Below, piece by piece: positions 7,887 through 14,290 of a DNA stretch of 51,436 bases. The position numbers and the translations under genes are program-made. Source of the stretch: a virus; IMG/VR virus record IMGVR_UViG_3300023116_000003; one strand, given 5' to 3'. The notes below the pieces were generated by a model, which was not told the origin of the DNA, searched no databases, and worked only from the letters and a program-made list of their open reading frames with translations. Numbering within the stretch: the stretch's first letter is position 1; every line of letters starts with the position of its first letter.

Positions 7887-9876
7887 TTTGTAGTCCTATG
7901 ATTTGTGCCATAACAGCTGCTTCTTCTGGATCGTTCAGAATTTCTTCCGGGTCAAGTTCCAGAGAGTAAGCAAGTTCGCTGATAAGTTTATTGATTTTTA
8001 TGAAAGGTGCAATAGCAGGATTCTGTGCGGTCTGCAAGAACATAGTCAAACGCTGACTGCGTACTTCCTTCTGCATCAAGCTATTTGTACCTGTAGCCTT
8101 AACTTCTAAATCGCCTTCTACATTTAACTTAGAATCTAAAAACTGCATGTTCCACTGAAAGTAAGCTTCGCCAAGAGGACGCAGCAAAAAGTCATCAAGG
8201 TTTTTGATTACTGTTTTAATATTCAGTGAGGCTGCACCCAGCAGCATTGACATGCCGGATGCTGTTCTAGTCATACTCTGTACGCCAGTTTGACCATGAG
8301 AATAACTAGGAATACCTGTCTGTTCGTCAGCAAGCTGCCTAAACCGATCAAACATCATCATGTTTTCATTAGAGGTATTGGGGAACTTTAATCCATTAAT
8401 CGCTTGACCGGGCACCCCTGCTTGCCGCCTAAAGATTTTGCCGGGGTAAATTTCCATGCTTTGACCACCAACAAGAGCAGACTCATCTACATCAAAGACT
8501 AGTGAGCCGGACAACGCCAGATTATCAATAGCCATCCTTGCATGACCATTCATAATCTTCTGGGAGTCGTCCATGTTTTCTGCTACGCCAATCCCAAAAA
8601 AGCTGTAGGGGTTGCGCTCGTAAGAAAAAGCATGATACGGAATACGATGAGGTGTGAATGGATTAACAACAGCCCTGAGTATCTTACCATTACATACCCA
8701 AGCATTTATTTGAACTTCATCCAATGCATCTACATCTTCAGGAAGTTCCATGCCAATCTGCTCGGCATACTCAGCATCCATTATTCCCCAATACTCTAAT
8801 ACTTCGTACTGGCCTGAACCATAGTCTTCTGAACGCTGGTCATCTTTCAACTCATGTTCATAATCTTCTGGTTCGTAGTTCGGCCCCATCATCATGCACT
8901 CACGAATAGCATCCTTATCAAAGTAAGGCATCTTTGCTAACGCACGAACCTGAGACTTGTTCATTTTGTGACGATGGAAAACATATTCACATTCGGATAT
9001 TGATGTTGCGTTTGGATCGGGAAAGAAATCCCAGATACTTACAAACTCAATGCGGGGAACTCGTACATCAACCGGGGAGTAGGTTCTAGTCCCATCTTCT
9101 GCTTCTTCCCAACGATTCAAAGTCTTGTTGAAATTAAACGGGCCTTTTACTATGCCTGTACCAAAAAGCGCAGCCTCAAACAATGCGCTTCTGATTTCAC
9201 TTGATCCATTAGACTCTTCTATCTGATCATGGATAAGTTTCTCCATCCGTCTTGCAGCAGCCTGTGCTGGCTTAACTTCAAACATTCCGGGGATTGGAGT
9301 TGAACCGGGGGTTAAGCTATCTTTAACTATAGCATCAATATCTTCTTGTGGCCCTTTGATAAAGGTACTACCAGCCTTATTTACTTCATCTTTCCCATCA
9401 CCAGCATAGCCGACATCAAAGGGATTCCTTTTCTTTTCAAACTGTTCACTGGAGGTTTCAATTCCGGGGAGAGGGTTGGCTGTATCTAAATGCGCATACT
9501 CAGAAGAACCTTCTGGCATTTTAGTTTCAGATATACCAATCGGGAACTTACCTGAACCAAAGATAACATCAACAAGTTGACCATAAGCAGCTAGTACTTT
9601 TGTCTTAGTTACTTTAACAAAGACTCTAGACTTTTCTGACTCACGGAATTTAACATGCTTTGGATACATACCACGATAGTTGTGGTATCCGGTTATCCAA
9701 CGCTTTTCATCGTAATCCCTTGCCTGTTGCGCAGCAATATAACGATCAGTAATAAGACCAACAAACTGGTTGTGCAGCTGTTCTTCAAGGGTCATTATCC
9801 TTGAATCTTCACCCGCTACTTCTTGGAAGTACAGGTCATCTGCTCCTAATACTATACTGTTGTCTTGTTCTGCCAT
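7696..9876 (-). CDS. Portal protein
   Basis: 726 aa with RBS AAAGGAAA, immediately downstream of terL as is usual for portals. The last ~63 aa are a G/P/Q/T low-complexity tail. Confidence 0.85.
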   Translation of the reverse strand: MAEQDNSIVLGADDLYFQEVAGEDSRIMTLEEQLHNQFVGLITDRYIAAQQARDYDEKRWITGYHNYRGMYPKHVKFRESEKSRVFVKVTKTKVLAAYGQLVDVIFGSGKFPIGISETKMPEGSSEYAHLDTANPLPGIETSSEQFEKKRNPFDVGYAGDGKDEVNKAGSTFIKGPQEDIDAIVKDSLTPGSTPIPGMFEVKPAQAAARRMEKLIHDQIEESNGSSEIRSALFEAALFGTGIVKGPFNFNKTLNRWEEAEDGTRTYSPVDVRVPRIEFVSIWDFFPDPNATSISECEYVFHRHKMNKSQVRALAKMPYFDKDAIRECMMMGPNYEPEDYEHELKDDQRSEDYGSGQYEVLEYWGIMDAEYAEQIGMELPEDVDALDEVQINAWVCNGKILRAVVNPFTPHRIPYHAFSYERNPYSFFGIGVAENMDDSQKIMNGHARMAIDNLALSGSLVFDVDESALVGGQSMEIYPGKIFRRQAGVPGQAINGLKFPNTSNENMMMFDRFRQLADEQTGIPSYSHGQTGVQSMTRTASGMSMLLGAASLNIKTVIKNLDDFLLRPLGEAYFQWNMQFLDSKLNVEGDLEVKATGTNSLMQKEVRSQRLTMFLQTAQNPAIAPFIKINKLISELAYSLELDPEEILNDPEEAAVMAQIIGLQNAGQGTGAQAGPAGQQPGVMGSPEGVPPEGQDLGVTGTGGGNIGTGVVPQSGESEFSGTPRAA

Positions 9877-9887
9877 TTAAATTTCCT

Positions 9888-11567
9888 TTAATACCCAAAC
9901 TCTGAATCAGCAGGAGTATATGCTTGTTCTAATCTCAAATGTCTTAGTCGGGATATCGGGTCTTCAATTCTCGGCCTAGACATTATTAAGTATCTTAACG
10001 CATCATACGCATGATCAGAAGCGTGTGTATCTACATCCTCAGGATTTGATTTATCCAGAGGAATACTTTGAAGTTCCCGTATCAGGTTAGGGCATGTATT
10101 AAATATCTGTAATCGTGGCCTACCGCTTTGGCGTAACTTTAAGTATTCGTGGATTTGTATCTTTCCTTGTATTCTGTTTTTATCGGCGCGTCTTAGCTTG
10201 TGTCCAATCTTCATTAGTGCTTCACCAACAGTCGGGCCGGATGCACCTGTCTTTGCCCATGCTGCGGTGTCTAACACTCCGGGTACAGCAAAAGGATCAT
10301 CTAACTCCATTTGAGTAATAAGATGACCTAAGTCTTCGCCAGTCAGCCCCTTGCGGTACAACTCACGATATATTATCAGTGTCCCGTCTGAGGGGTCAAC
10401 ACATCCCCAAATACACGCACTTTCGGAGGCGTACCCGTAGTCAATCCCTTTGACTCTTTCCCATCCTATGGGGATTGCAAACGGAGTAATAACATGCATT
10501 TCGTTATTGAACTCCGTAAATGCTGCGCCCTCTGCAATATCCCAATTACCTTCAAGCAGTTGTCTGCGTTGAACATCTGGCAGGGCTTTCAGCATTTGCT
10601 CATACCTGCCATCTGTAGCAAGGTATGGATTATCGTCTAAGCGGGCTGGTATAAACTTACGGGATAGCCCATCTTCACCCTTAAACGATTCATGCGGGGG
10701 GTTAGGATCAATGTATCGTTTCTTAACCCAATGCGCACCTACGCCACCCGGGTTGGCAGTACACCTCATGTAGGGTGTGATCTCCGGGTCAGTTGTTCTG
10801 AGTCGGGAAGCCAGATAGTTCCAACCAAACTCAGTGGGCAGATGTGTTATCTCATCAAACCCAATCCAACTGTATGCTTGTCCTTGGTAGCGGTACACAT
10901 CAGCATCTCGCTCCAAGAATCCAAATTCTATTTTAGCCCCGCTTGGAAAGTTCCAAAGCTTTTCTACTTCTCGGTACTTACAACCGGGGAACGCACGGGG
11001 GTACAACTCCCGGCTCTTGTCAATCAACTCCCTTAGTTCGGGCATTGATCGCCTTAGTATCAGTGCGCGGTGGGCTGCTTTGTGCGCATAACGCAATGGG
11101 TCAATAAGCATTGCGTAACTTTTACCACCACCAGCTGCACCACCATACAGTACATCTGTTTCGGGTGCAGCCAAGAACTCTGTCTGCGGGCCTTCATTTG
11201 CTTTGAAGATTACGTTGTCTTGTACTTCTTCTCGCAGAGCCTTTGGTACTTTAGACAAGACATCAGTATCTATTACTTTGCTGCCTTTGTCTTTCTCTAG
11301 CTTTGAGAGGGTCTCTTTGGACGCTCTAAGCTTTTCTCGCTGCTGGTGCAGCTTGACCCTATCCTTTTCTAACTTACGCTCACGGGCCTTTACAGAGCGT
11401 CTAGCGACCATCTTGGCCTTTGTCTCGGAATGAAAGTGGTAGCCCCTGCCTTTTGACCCTTTAGGCCTTCCAGTTTTTTTGCGGGGCGTACCATCTTTCT
11501 TTAAAACAAAGTTACCAGCTTCATCCTTCTGGTAGTCGTCCGGGTTATTGTCCCAATCGTTCGTCAC
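9888..11567 (-). CDS. terL: Terminase large subunit
   Basis: 559 aa with a Walker A-like GGAAGGGKSYA, a downstream ATPase/nuclease-sized body and a basic N-terminal extension. The GTG start overlaps the upstream ORF, suggesting translational coupling. It follows terS. Confidence 0.9.
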   Translation of the reverse strand: MTNDWDNNPDDYQKDEAGNFVLKKDGTPRKKTGRPKGSKGRGYHFHSETKAKMVARRSVKARERKLEKDRVKLHQQREKLRASKETLSKLEKDKGSKVIDTDVLSKVPKALREEVQDNVIFKANEGPQTEFLAAPETDVLYGGAAGGGKSYAMLIDPLRYAHKAAHRALILRRSMPELRELIDKSRELYPRAFPGCKYREVEKLWNFPSGAKIEFGFLERDADVYRYQGQAYSWIGFDEITHLPTEFGWNYLASRLRTTDPEITPYMRCTANPGGVGAHWVKKRYIDPNPPHESFKGEDGLSRKFIPARLDDNPYLATDGRYEQMLKALPDVQRRQLLEGNWDIAEGAAFTEFNNEMHVITPFAIPIGWERVKGIDYGYASESACIWGCVDPSDGTLIIYRELYRKGLTGEDLGHLITQMELDDPFAVPGVLDTAAWAKTGASGPTVGEALMKIGHKLRRADKNRIQGKIQIHEYLKLRQSGRPRLQIFNTCPNLIRELQSIPLDKSNPEDVDTHASDHAYDALRYLIMSRPRIEDPISRLRHLRLEQAYTPADSEFGY

Positions 11568-11778
11568 GTTTGATTATCTGCCTCAGTCCTACATGGCTTA
11601 ATGGTCTGCCAGTAATATAACTTAAATACTCTGCACCTTCGCGGAGACTGAAAGAGTTGTTCTTCACCAACTTCTTGGTCTCTGCTAATGCTGCCAGTTC
11701 AACTTCAACTGGCCTTAACGTATTTGTTTCTTCATCTAAGGTGTAGCCAAACGGGATTGTACTGCTTGTTCTACGCAT
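11545..11778 (-). CDS. Small HTH-type DNA-binding protein between terS and terL
   Basis: 77 aa. IPFGYTLDEE...SLREGAEYLSYITGRPLSHVGLRQII resembles the recombinase/resolvase-type HTH domain (from memory). Its ATG overlaps the terS stop and AGGGA serves as RBS. Confidence 0.7.
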   Translation of the reverse strand: MRRTSSTIPFGYTLDEETNTLRPVEVELAALAETKKLVKNNSFSLREGAEYLSYITGRPLSHVGLRQIIKRDERLGQ

Positions 11779-12151
11779 CGTCCCTGATCATCTCTTTGGC
11801 GGGGAGTATAAATAAACCACCCTGCACATTGTTATTTACTTCTAGCCTTTCCTGTTTACCCAAGCCTGTACGGTCTAGTATGCTTTGGGCTGCTTGAAGT
11901 TTCAAGTTAGCTTGAGGTAGCGGAGCATTTGAGTTCATAACCTCTACTAACTTCATGGCGGCTTGCGGGGCTGACTGTGCCAGTATCCCTGAAGCAAGTT
12001 CTACTATCTCATGCTTAAGGGCTTTGATTACTTGGTAGTGGCTGTTGTCGCTGTACCCAGCTAGTTCCGCTGCTTTCTTTGGATCACCTCCTGTGGTTAC
12101 AAGGTTATCAAGAAAACTTTGCTGTTTAGTTGTTAGTTCTTTACTAGACAT
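11771..12151 (-). CDS. terS: Terminase small subunit (start re-called at ATG 12151; possibly leaderless)
   Basis: MSSKELTTKQQSFLDNLVTTGGDPKKAAELAGYSDNSHYQ is the typical terS N-terminal HTH signature. The track start at 12172 lies inside the promoter. ATG 12151 begins 8 nt after the TATAAT hexamer and no SD precedes any candidate ATG. Confidence 0.85.
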   Translation of the reverse strand: MSSKELTTKQQSFLDNLVTTGGDPKKAAELAGYSDNSHYQVIKALKHEIVELASGILAQSAPQAAMKLVEVMNSNAPLPQANLKLQAAQSILDRTGLGKQERLEVNNNVQGGLFILPAKEMIRDDA

Positions 12152-12158
12152 ACAAGAC

Positions 12159-12187
12159 ATTATACAGGTCATTTACAGTTTTGTCAA
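12159..12187 (-). promoter_or_regulatory. Consensus sigma70 promoter for the structural (minus) arm
   Basis: Minus strand reads TTGACA (12187-12182), a 17-nt spacer, then TATAAT (12164-12159). Both hexamers are 6/6. Confidence 0.7.
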
Positions 12188-12194
12188 GTATTTC

Positions 12195-12223
12195 TTGACA
12201 AAAAGCTAATCTGACTGTATAAT
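12195..12223 (+). promoter_or_regulatory. Consensus sigma70 promoter firing rightward into the non-coding hub
   Basis: TTGACA (12195-12200), a 17-nt spacer, then TATAAT (12218-12223). Its -35 and the -35 of the divergent promoter are the two arms of the palindrome TTGTCAAGtatttCTTGACAA (12181-12201). Confidence 0.7.
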
Positions 12224-12273
12224 ATAGATTACTAGCCCCCCCGGGCCACACCTAATATATACTGGTAGTCTTT

Positions 12274-12297
12274 AAAAGCCCGACCAAAATCCTTAAC
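12274..12297 (+). repeat. Iteron-like repeat, copy 1
   Basis: aaaagcccgaccaaaatccttaac. Compare copies at 12377-12405 and 12758-12780. Confidence 0.75.
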
Positions 12298-12376
12298 TCC
12301 CCTAGTAATACCCAGAGTCCCGACTAGAGTACTGGCGAATTCCCCCCACAAGTACCTCCCCGCCCTGTCTCTAGAG

Positions 12377-12405
12377 GCCCGCCCAAACTGGTTAACATCC
12401 TTAAC
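12377..12405 (+). repeat. Iteron-like repeat, copy 2 (with a ~9-10-nt internal insertion)
   Basis: ggcccgcccaaaCTGGTTAACAtccttaac has the same GCCCGnCCAAA...TCCTTAAC frame as copy 1. Confidence 0.6.
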
Positions 12406-12464
12406 CCGGCAAAATGTATATGATTTAGTATATATACGGGGGGTAGGCCCATGGCCTCCTGCCC

Positions 12465-12759
12465 CACCCTCTTAGTCATGGATGACTATAGAGGGTGAAA
12501 GAGACCTCCAAAATAACTTTAGTTATTTTTAACCCTCTAAAGCTTTGCTTTAGGACTCCACCAACTCCTCAATCATCCTGATTGAGAACTCTCCAGACCT
12601 CTCAGACCTCTAAAGCTACGCTTTAGGACTAGCTAGTTACCAAAGGATTTAAAAATCCTTTGAACTGTTAAAGTAAAACTTTAACCTCCACAGATTCCAA
12701 AGGAATCAGTAACTTACCGAGTTATCGGCCTCAACTTAAAACTCTTAAACGAGTTTTAA
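12465..12759 (+). repeat. Train of 10 short hairpins/palindromes (H1-H10)
   Basis: H1 12465-12497, H2 12510-12529, H3 12537-12553, H4 12568-12586, H5 12610-12626, H6 12641-12662, H7 12667-12685, H8 12693-12707, H9 12710-12724, H10 12736-12759. Stems are 5-15 bp and loops 2-6 nt. A tandem CAGACCTCT x2 lies at 12594-12611. Confidence 0.85.
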
Positions 12760-12780
12760 AAAGCCCCGCCAAAATCCTTT
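12758..12780 (+). repeat. Iteron-like repeat, copy 3
   Basis: aaaaagccccgccaaaatccttt. Together with copy 1 it brackets the hairpin train, about 485 bp apart. Confidence 0.7.
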
Positions 12781-12795
12781 CCTCACCCGCGCATA

Positions 12796-12820
12796 CCTGC
12801 ACATGATGCAGGGTTTCTTC
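12796..12820 (+). terminator. Weak terminator-like hairpin (H11)
   Basis: CCTGCA-catga-TGCAGG followed by GTTTCTTCGCCTGTTTT. The stem is short and the T-tract interrupted. Confidence 0.25.
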
Positions 12821-12871
12821 GCCTGTTTTAGCCCGCATTATGCGCAGGAAAAATCACGCACCAGAAACTTG

Positions 12872-12901
12872 TTGACTCCAAAAAAAATCTGTGAGTTTAA
12901 T
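12872..12901 (+). promoter_or_regulatory. Probable early promoter
   Basis: TTGACT (12872-12877), an 18-nt spacer, then TTTAAT (12896-12901), about 60 nt upstream of the first early ORF. Confidence 0.5.
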
Positions 12902-12963
12902 GTAAATCGTCTCAGCAACACCGAGACAAAACAACACACACACAACTCCAAAGGAGAGTACAC

Positions 12964-13113
12964 ATGAAGACTTTCGAAGAAAGACAAGCACAAGTTGAAT
13001 CCGGCCTGATCACCCCGACCGAAGCGAAGCTTGAGGAACTCAGAGATCAGGTAGCCGTAGGCTTGATAACTGCCGAAGAAGCAGAGAACGCAGCGAAGCT
13101 GCTGACGCACTAA
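12964..13113 (+). CDS. 49-aa early protein
   Basis: Hand translation: MKTFEERQAQVESGLITPTEAKLEELRDQVAVGLITAEEAENAAKLLTH. An AAAGGAG SD sits in a CA-rich leader. Below the track threshold. Confidence 0.65.
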   Translation: MKTFEERQAQVESGLITPTEAKLEELRDQVAVGLITAEEAENAAKLLTH

Positions 13114-13158
13114 AAAACTAAAACACACACATACACACAACTCCAAAGGAGCATACAC

Positions 13159-13683
13159 ATGAAAGCAACATCCAAGTCATTCGCCAACATCGACAACAAC
13201 CGTCTTGCAACTGCGAAGCAGTTCTTCAGGGTTACCGTACACCACGCTAACCTCGTCAAAGACGAGAAGGGCATCCCTGAAAAATACTTTTTCAGGCTCC
13301 GTAAGCAGGTTGAAGCAGTCCTTGCCCGGCACAACCCCAAAGGGTTGACTCATGGTGACGTACAGAAATTCCTAGCTTCAAAGAAGCTACCCAAGTATTT
13401 AATTGGAAACTTGCAGATACTCACCCTTGTTGAGCCGAAGGCTGAAGAACAACCGAAGGTTGCCAAGAAAGCCCCGGCAAAGCCGAAGGCTAAGAAACAG
13501 CCGAAGGCTGTCAAAACTCAACCGAAGGTTGTTCAGCCAACAGCAACAGCCACCCCGGAGTTTAATCATAAAGACTTTGATGCCCGTCTGACCTTCCTTG
13601 AAGGTGAAGTCAGCGTCATGTCAGAAGATATCCAGACTATCAAGTCTGGTATGGAAATGATTCTGGAATCCATCCGGGGTTAA
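13159..13683 (+). CDS. Early protein with a histone-H1-like PK(A/V) repeat tract, 174 aa
   Basis: Track ORF with the same CA-rich leader plus AAAGGAG. It has five CCGAAGG(C/T)T repeats (13435-13530) encoding EPKAEEQPKVAKKAPAKPKAKKQPKAVKTQPKV, and a helical C-terminus. Confidence 0.85.
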   Translation: MKATSKSFANIDNNRLATAKQFFRVTVHHANLVKDEKGIPEKYFFRLRKQVEAVLARHNPKGLTHGDVQKFLASKKLPKYLIGNLQILTLVEPKAEEQPKVAKKAPAKPKAKKQPKAVKTQPKVVQPTATATPEFNHKDFDARLTFLEGEVSVMSEDIQTIKSGMEMILESIRG

Positions 13684-13729
13684 TTTAAAATTCACGGGCC
13701 AAGGACGGCCTAAACTTAAGGAGTTTAAA

Positions 13730-13888
13730 ATGGTAGTTTTAAAATTAATTAATTTAATATTTAATCGCCAGTGCAAGTTAGTTGAAATTAAATCAATAAG
13801 AAAATCAAGGAGTTATGCCAGATCAGGCTACTACCACTACATTGTAGTGAACAACACCCAGTACGTTTTCAGAGAGTTTATAATTTAA
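13730..13888 (+). CDS. 52-aa hypothetical early protein
   Basis: Hand translation: MVVLKLINLIFNRQCKLVEIKSIRKSRSYARSGYYHYIVVNNTQYVFREFII. AAGGAG lies 7 nt upstream. The region is AT-rich, so it could be non-coding. Confidence 0.4.
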   Translation: MVVLKLINLIFNRQCKLVEIKSIRKSRSYARSGYYHYIVVNNTQYVFREFII

Positions 13889-13901
13889 TTTAATTTTAAA
13901 T

Positions 13902-13948
13902 GGGTTATAATTATCTCTCAAAGGTTTTTGAGAGAGATAATTAAACCC
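13902..13948 (+). repeat. Early intergenic hairpin element R1
   Basis: GGGTTATAATTATCTCTCAAA-GGTT-TTTGAGAGAGATAATTAAACCC, followed by cc-aaagccgaaGGAGG and ATG 13970. Confidence 0.85.
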
Positions 13949-13969
13949 CCAAAGCCGAAGGAGGCAAGC

Positions 13970-14212
13970 ATGAAATCAATCAGGATTGGCAAGATTCGTA
14001 AAGACGGTAAATTCCCAGTTAAGATAGTTTACCAAGGCTCACCAAATATGTTTGGTGGTTTCTATCCAAGCACTGAATATAATAAATTATTCAATTTAGA
14101 AGACATTCAAGATTATTCTCTTTATGAGGGGGATATGTTCTTCAACGACAGCGGTATGTCCGACTCACTGTTTTTCAGTGAGGAAGATTTAGCCAAAGTC
14201 GCAGTTAATTAA
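13970..14212 (+). CDS. 80-aa early protein (start re-called; the track used TTG 13928 inside the hairpin)
   Basis: GGAGG lies 6 nt before ATG 13970. Sequence begins MKSIRIGKIRKDGKFPVKIVYQGSPNMFGG... Confidence 0.8.
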   Translation: MKSIRIGKIRKDGKFPVKIVYQGSPNMFGGFYPSTEYNKLFNLEDIQDYSLYEGDMFFNDSGMSDSLFFSEEDLAKVAVN

Positions 14213-14226
14213 TTTAATTTTTAAAA

Positions 14227-14272
14227 GGGTGTTTATATATCTCAAAGGTTTTTGAGAGATATATAAACCCCC
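14227..14272 (+). repeat. Early intergenic hairpin element R2
   Basis: GGGTGTTTATATATCTCAAA-GGTT-TTTGAGAGATATATAAACCCCC, then ccAAAGGAG and ATG 14291. Confidence 0.85.
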
Positions 14273-14290
14273 CCAAAGGAGAAAAGCACC

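Larger units (their letters stand above)
12230..12820 (+). ncRNA. Candidate ~0.6-kb structured non-coding transcript or leader. Function unknown; a DNA-level role such as origin or packaging region is an alternative.
   Basis: The stretch lies downstream of the perfect promoter and has no ORF longer than ~15 codons. It contains a C-rich tract and then at least 10 hairpins, and ends at a weak terminator-like hairpin (12796-12820) upstream of a second promoter (12872-12901). Confidence 0.3.

Noticed and set aside
7696-7900. The portal tail plus the overlapping ORF could be a simple frameshift sequencing error splitting or merging genes.
   Set aside because: The alternative frame is closed immediately upstream of its ATG (TAG at 7898-7896, with a TGA about 36 nt further up). 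The portal cannot simply continue from that frame, so the overlap is kept as a finding instead.
12330-12390. G-quadruplex potential on the minus strand (GGGCGGG...GGGCGGGG...GGGGGG).
   Set aside because: The G-runs are separated by 10-12-nt loops and the pattern is not repeated. The C-richness of the plus strand is better described as a compositional (rut-like) feature.
12465-12497. H1 presents CAUGGAUG, which resembles the CsrA/RsmA high-affinity hairpin (A/C)ARGGAUG. The region has five GGA motifs, suggesting a CsrB-like sponge.
   Set aside because: Five GGA in ~300 nt is only about twice the composition-based expectation. Most lie in stems rather than loops, and the host is unknown.
12838-13340. 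Track ORFs 12838..13158 (-) and 13110..13340 (-).
   Set aside because: They are antisense to SD-preceded plus-strand genes and are composed largely of translated CA/GT repeats (CVCVCF...). They have no RBS.
13403-13591. Track ORF 13403..13591 (+), an Arg-rich 62 aa.
   Set aside because: It is an alternative frame of the CCGAAGG repeat tract inside the 174-aa gene and is a repeat-driven artefact.
13816-13848. A mini-ORF MPDQATTTTL with a good AAGGAG SD.
   Set aside because: It is only 10 codons, lies inside the 52-aa candidate ORF in another frame, and has no supporting feature.
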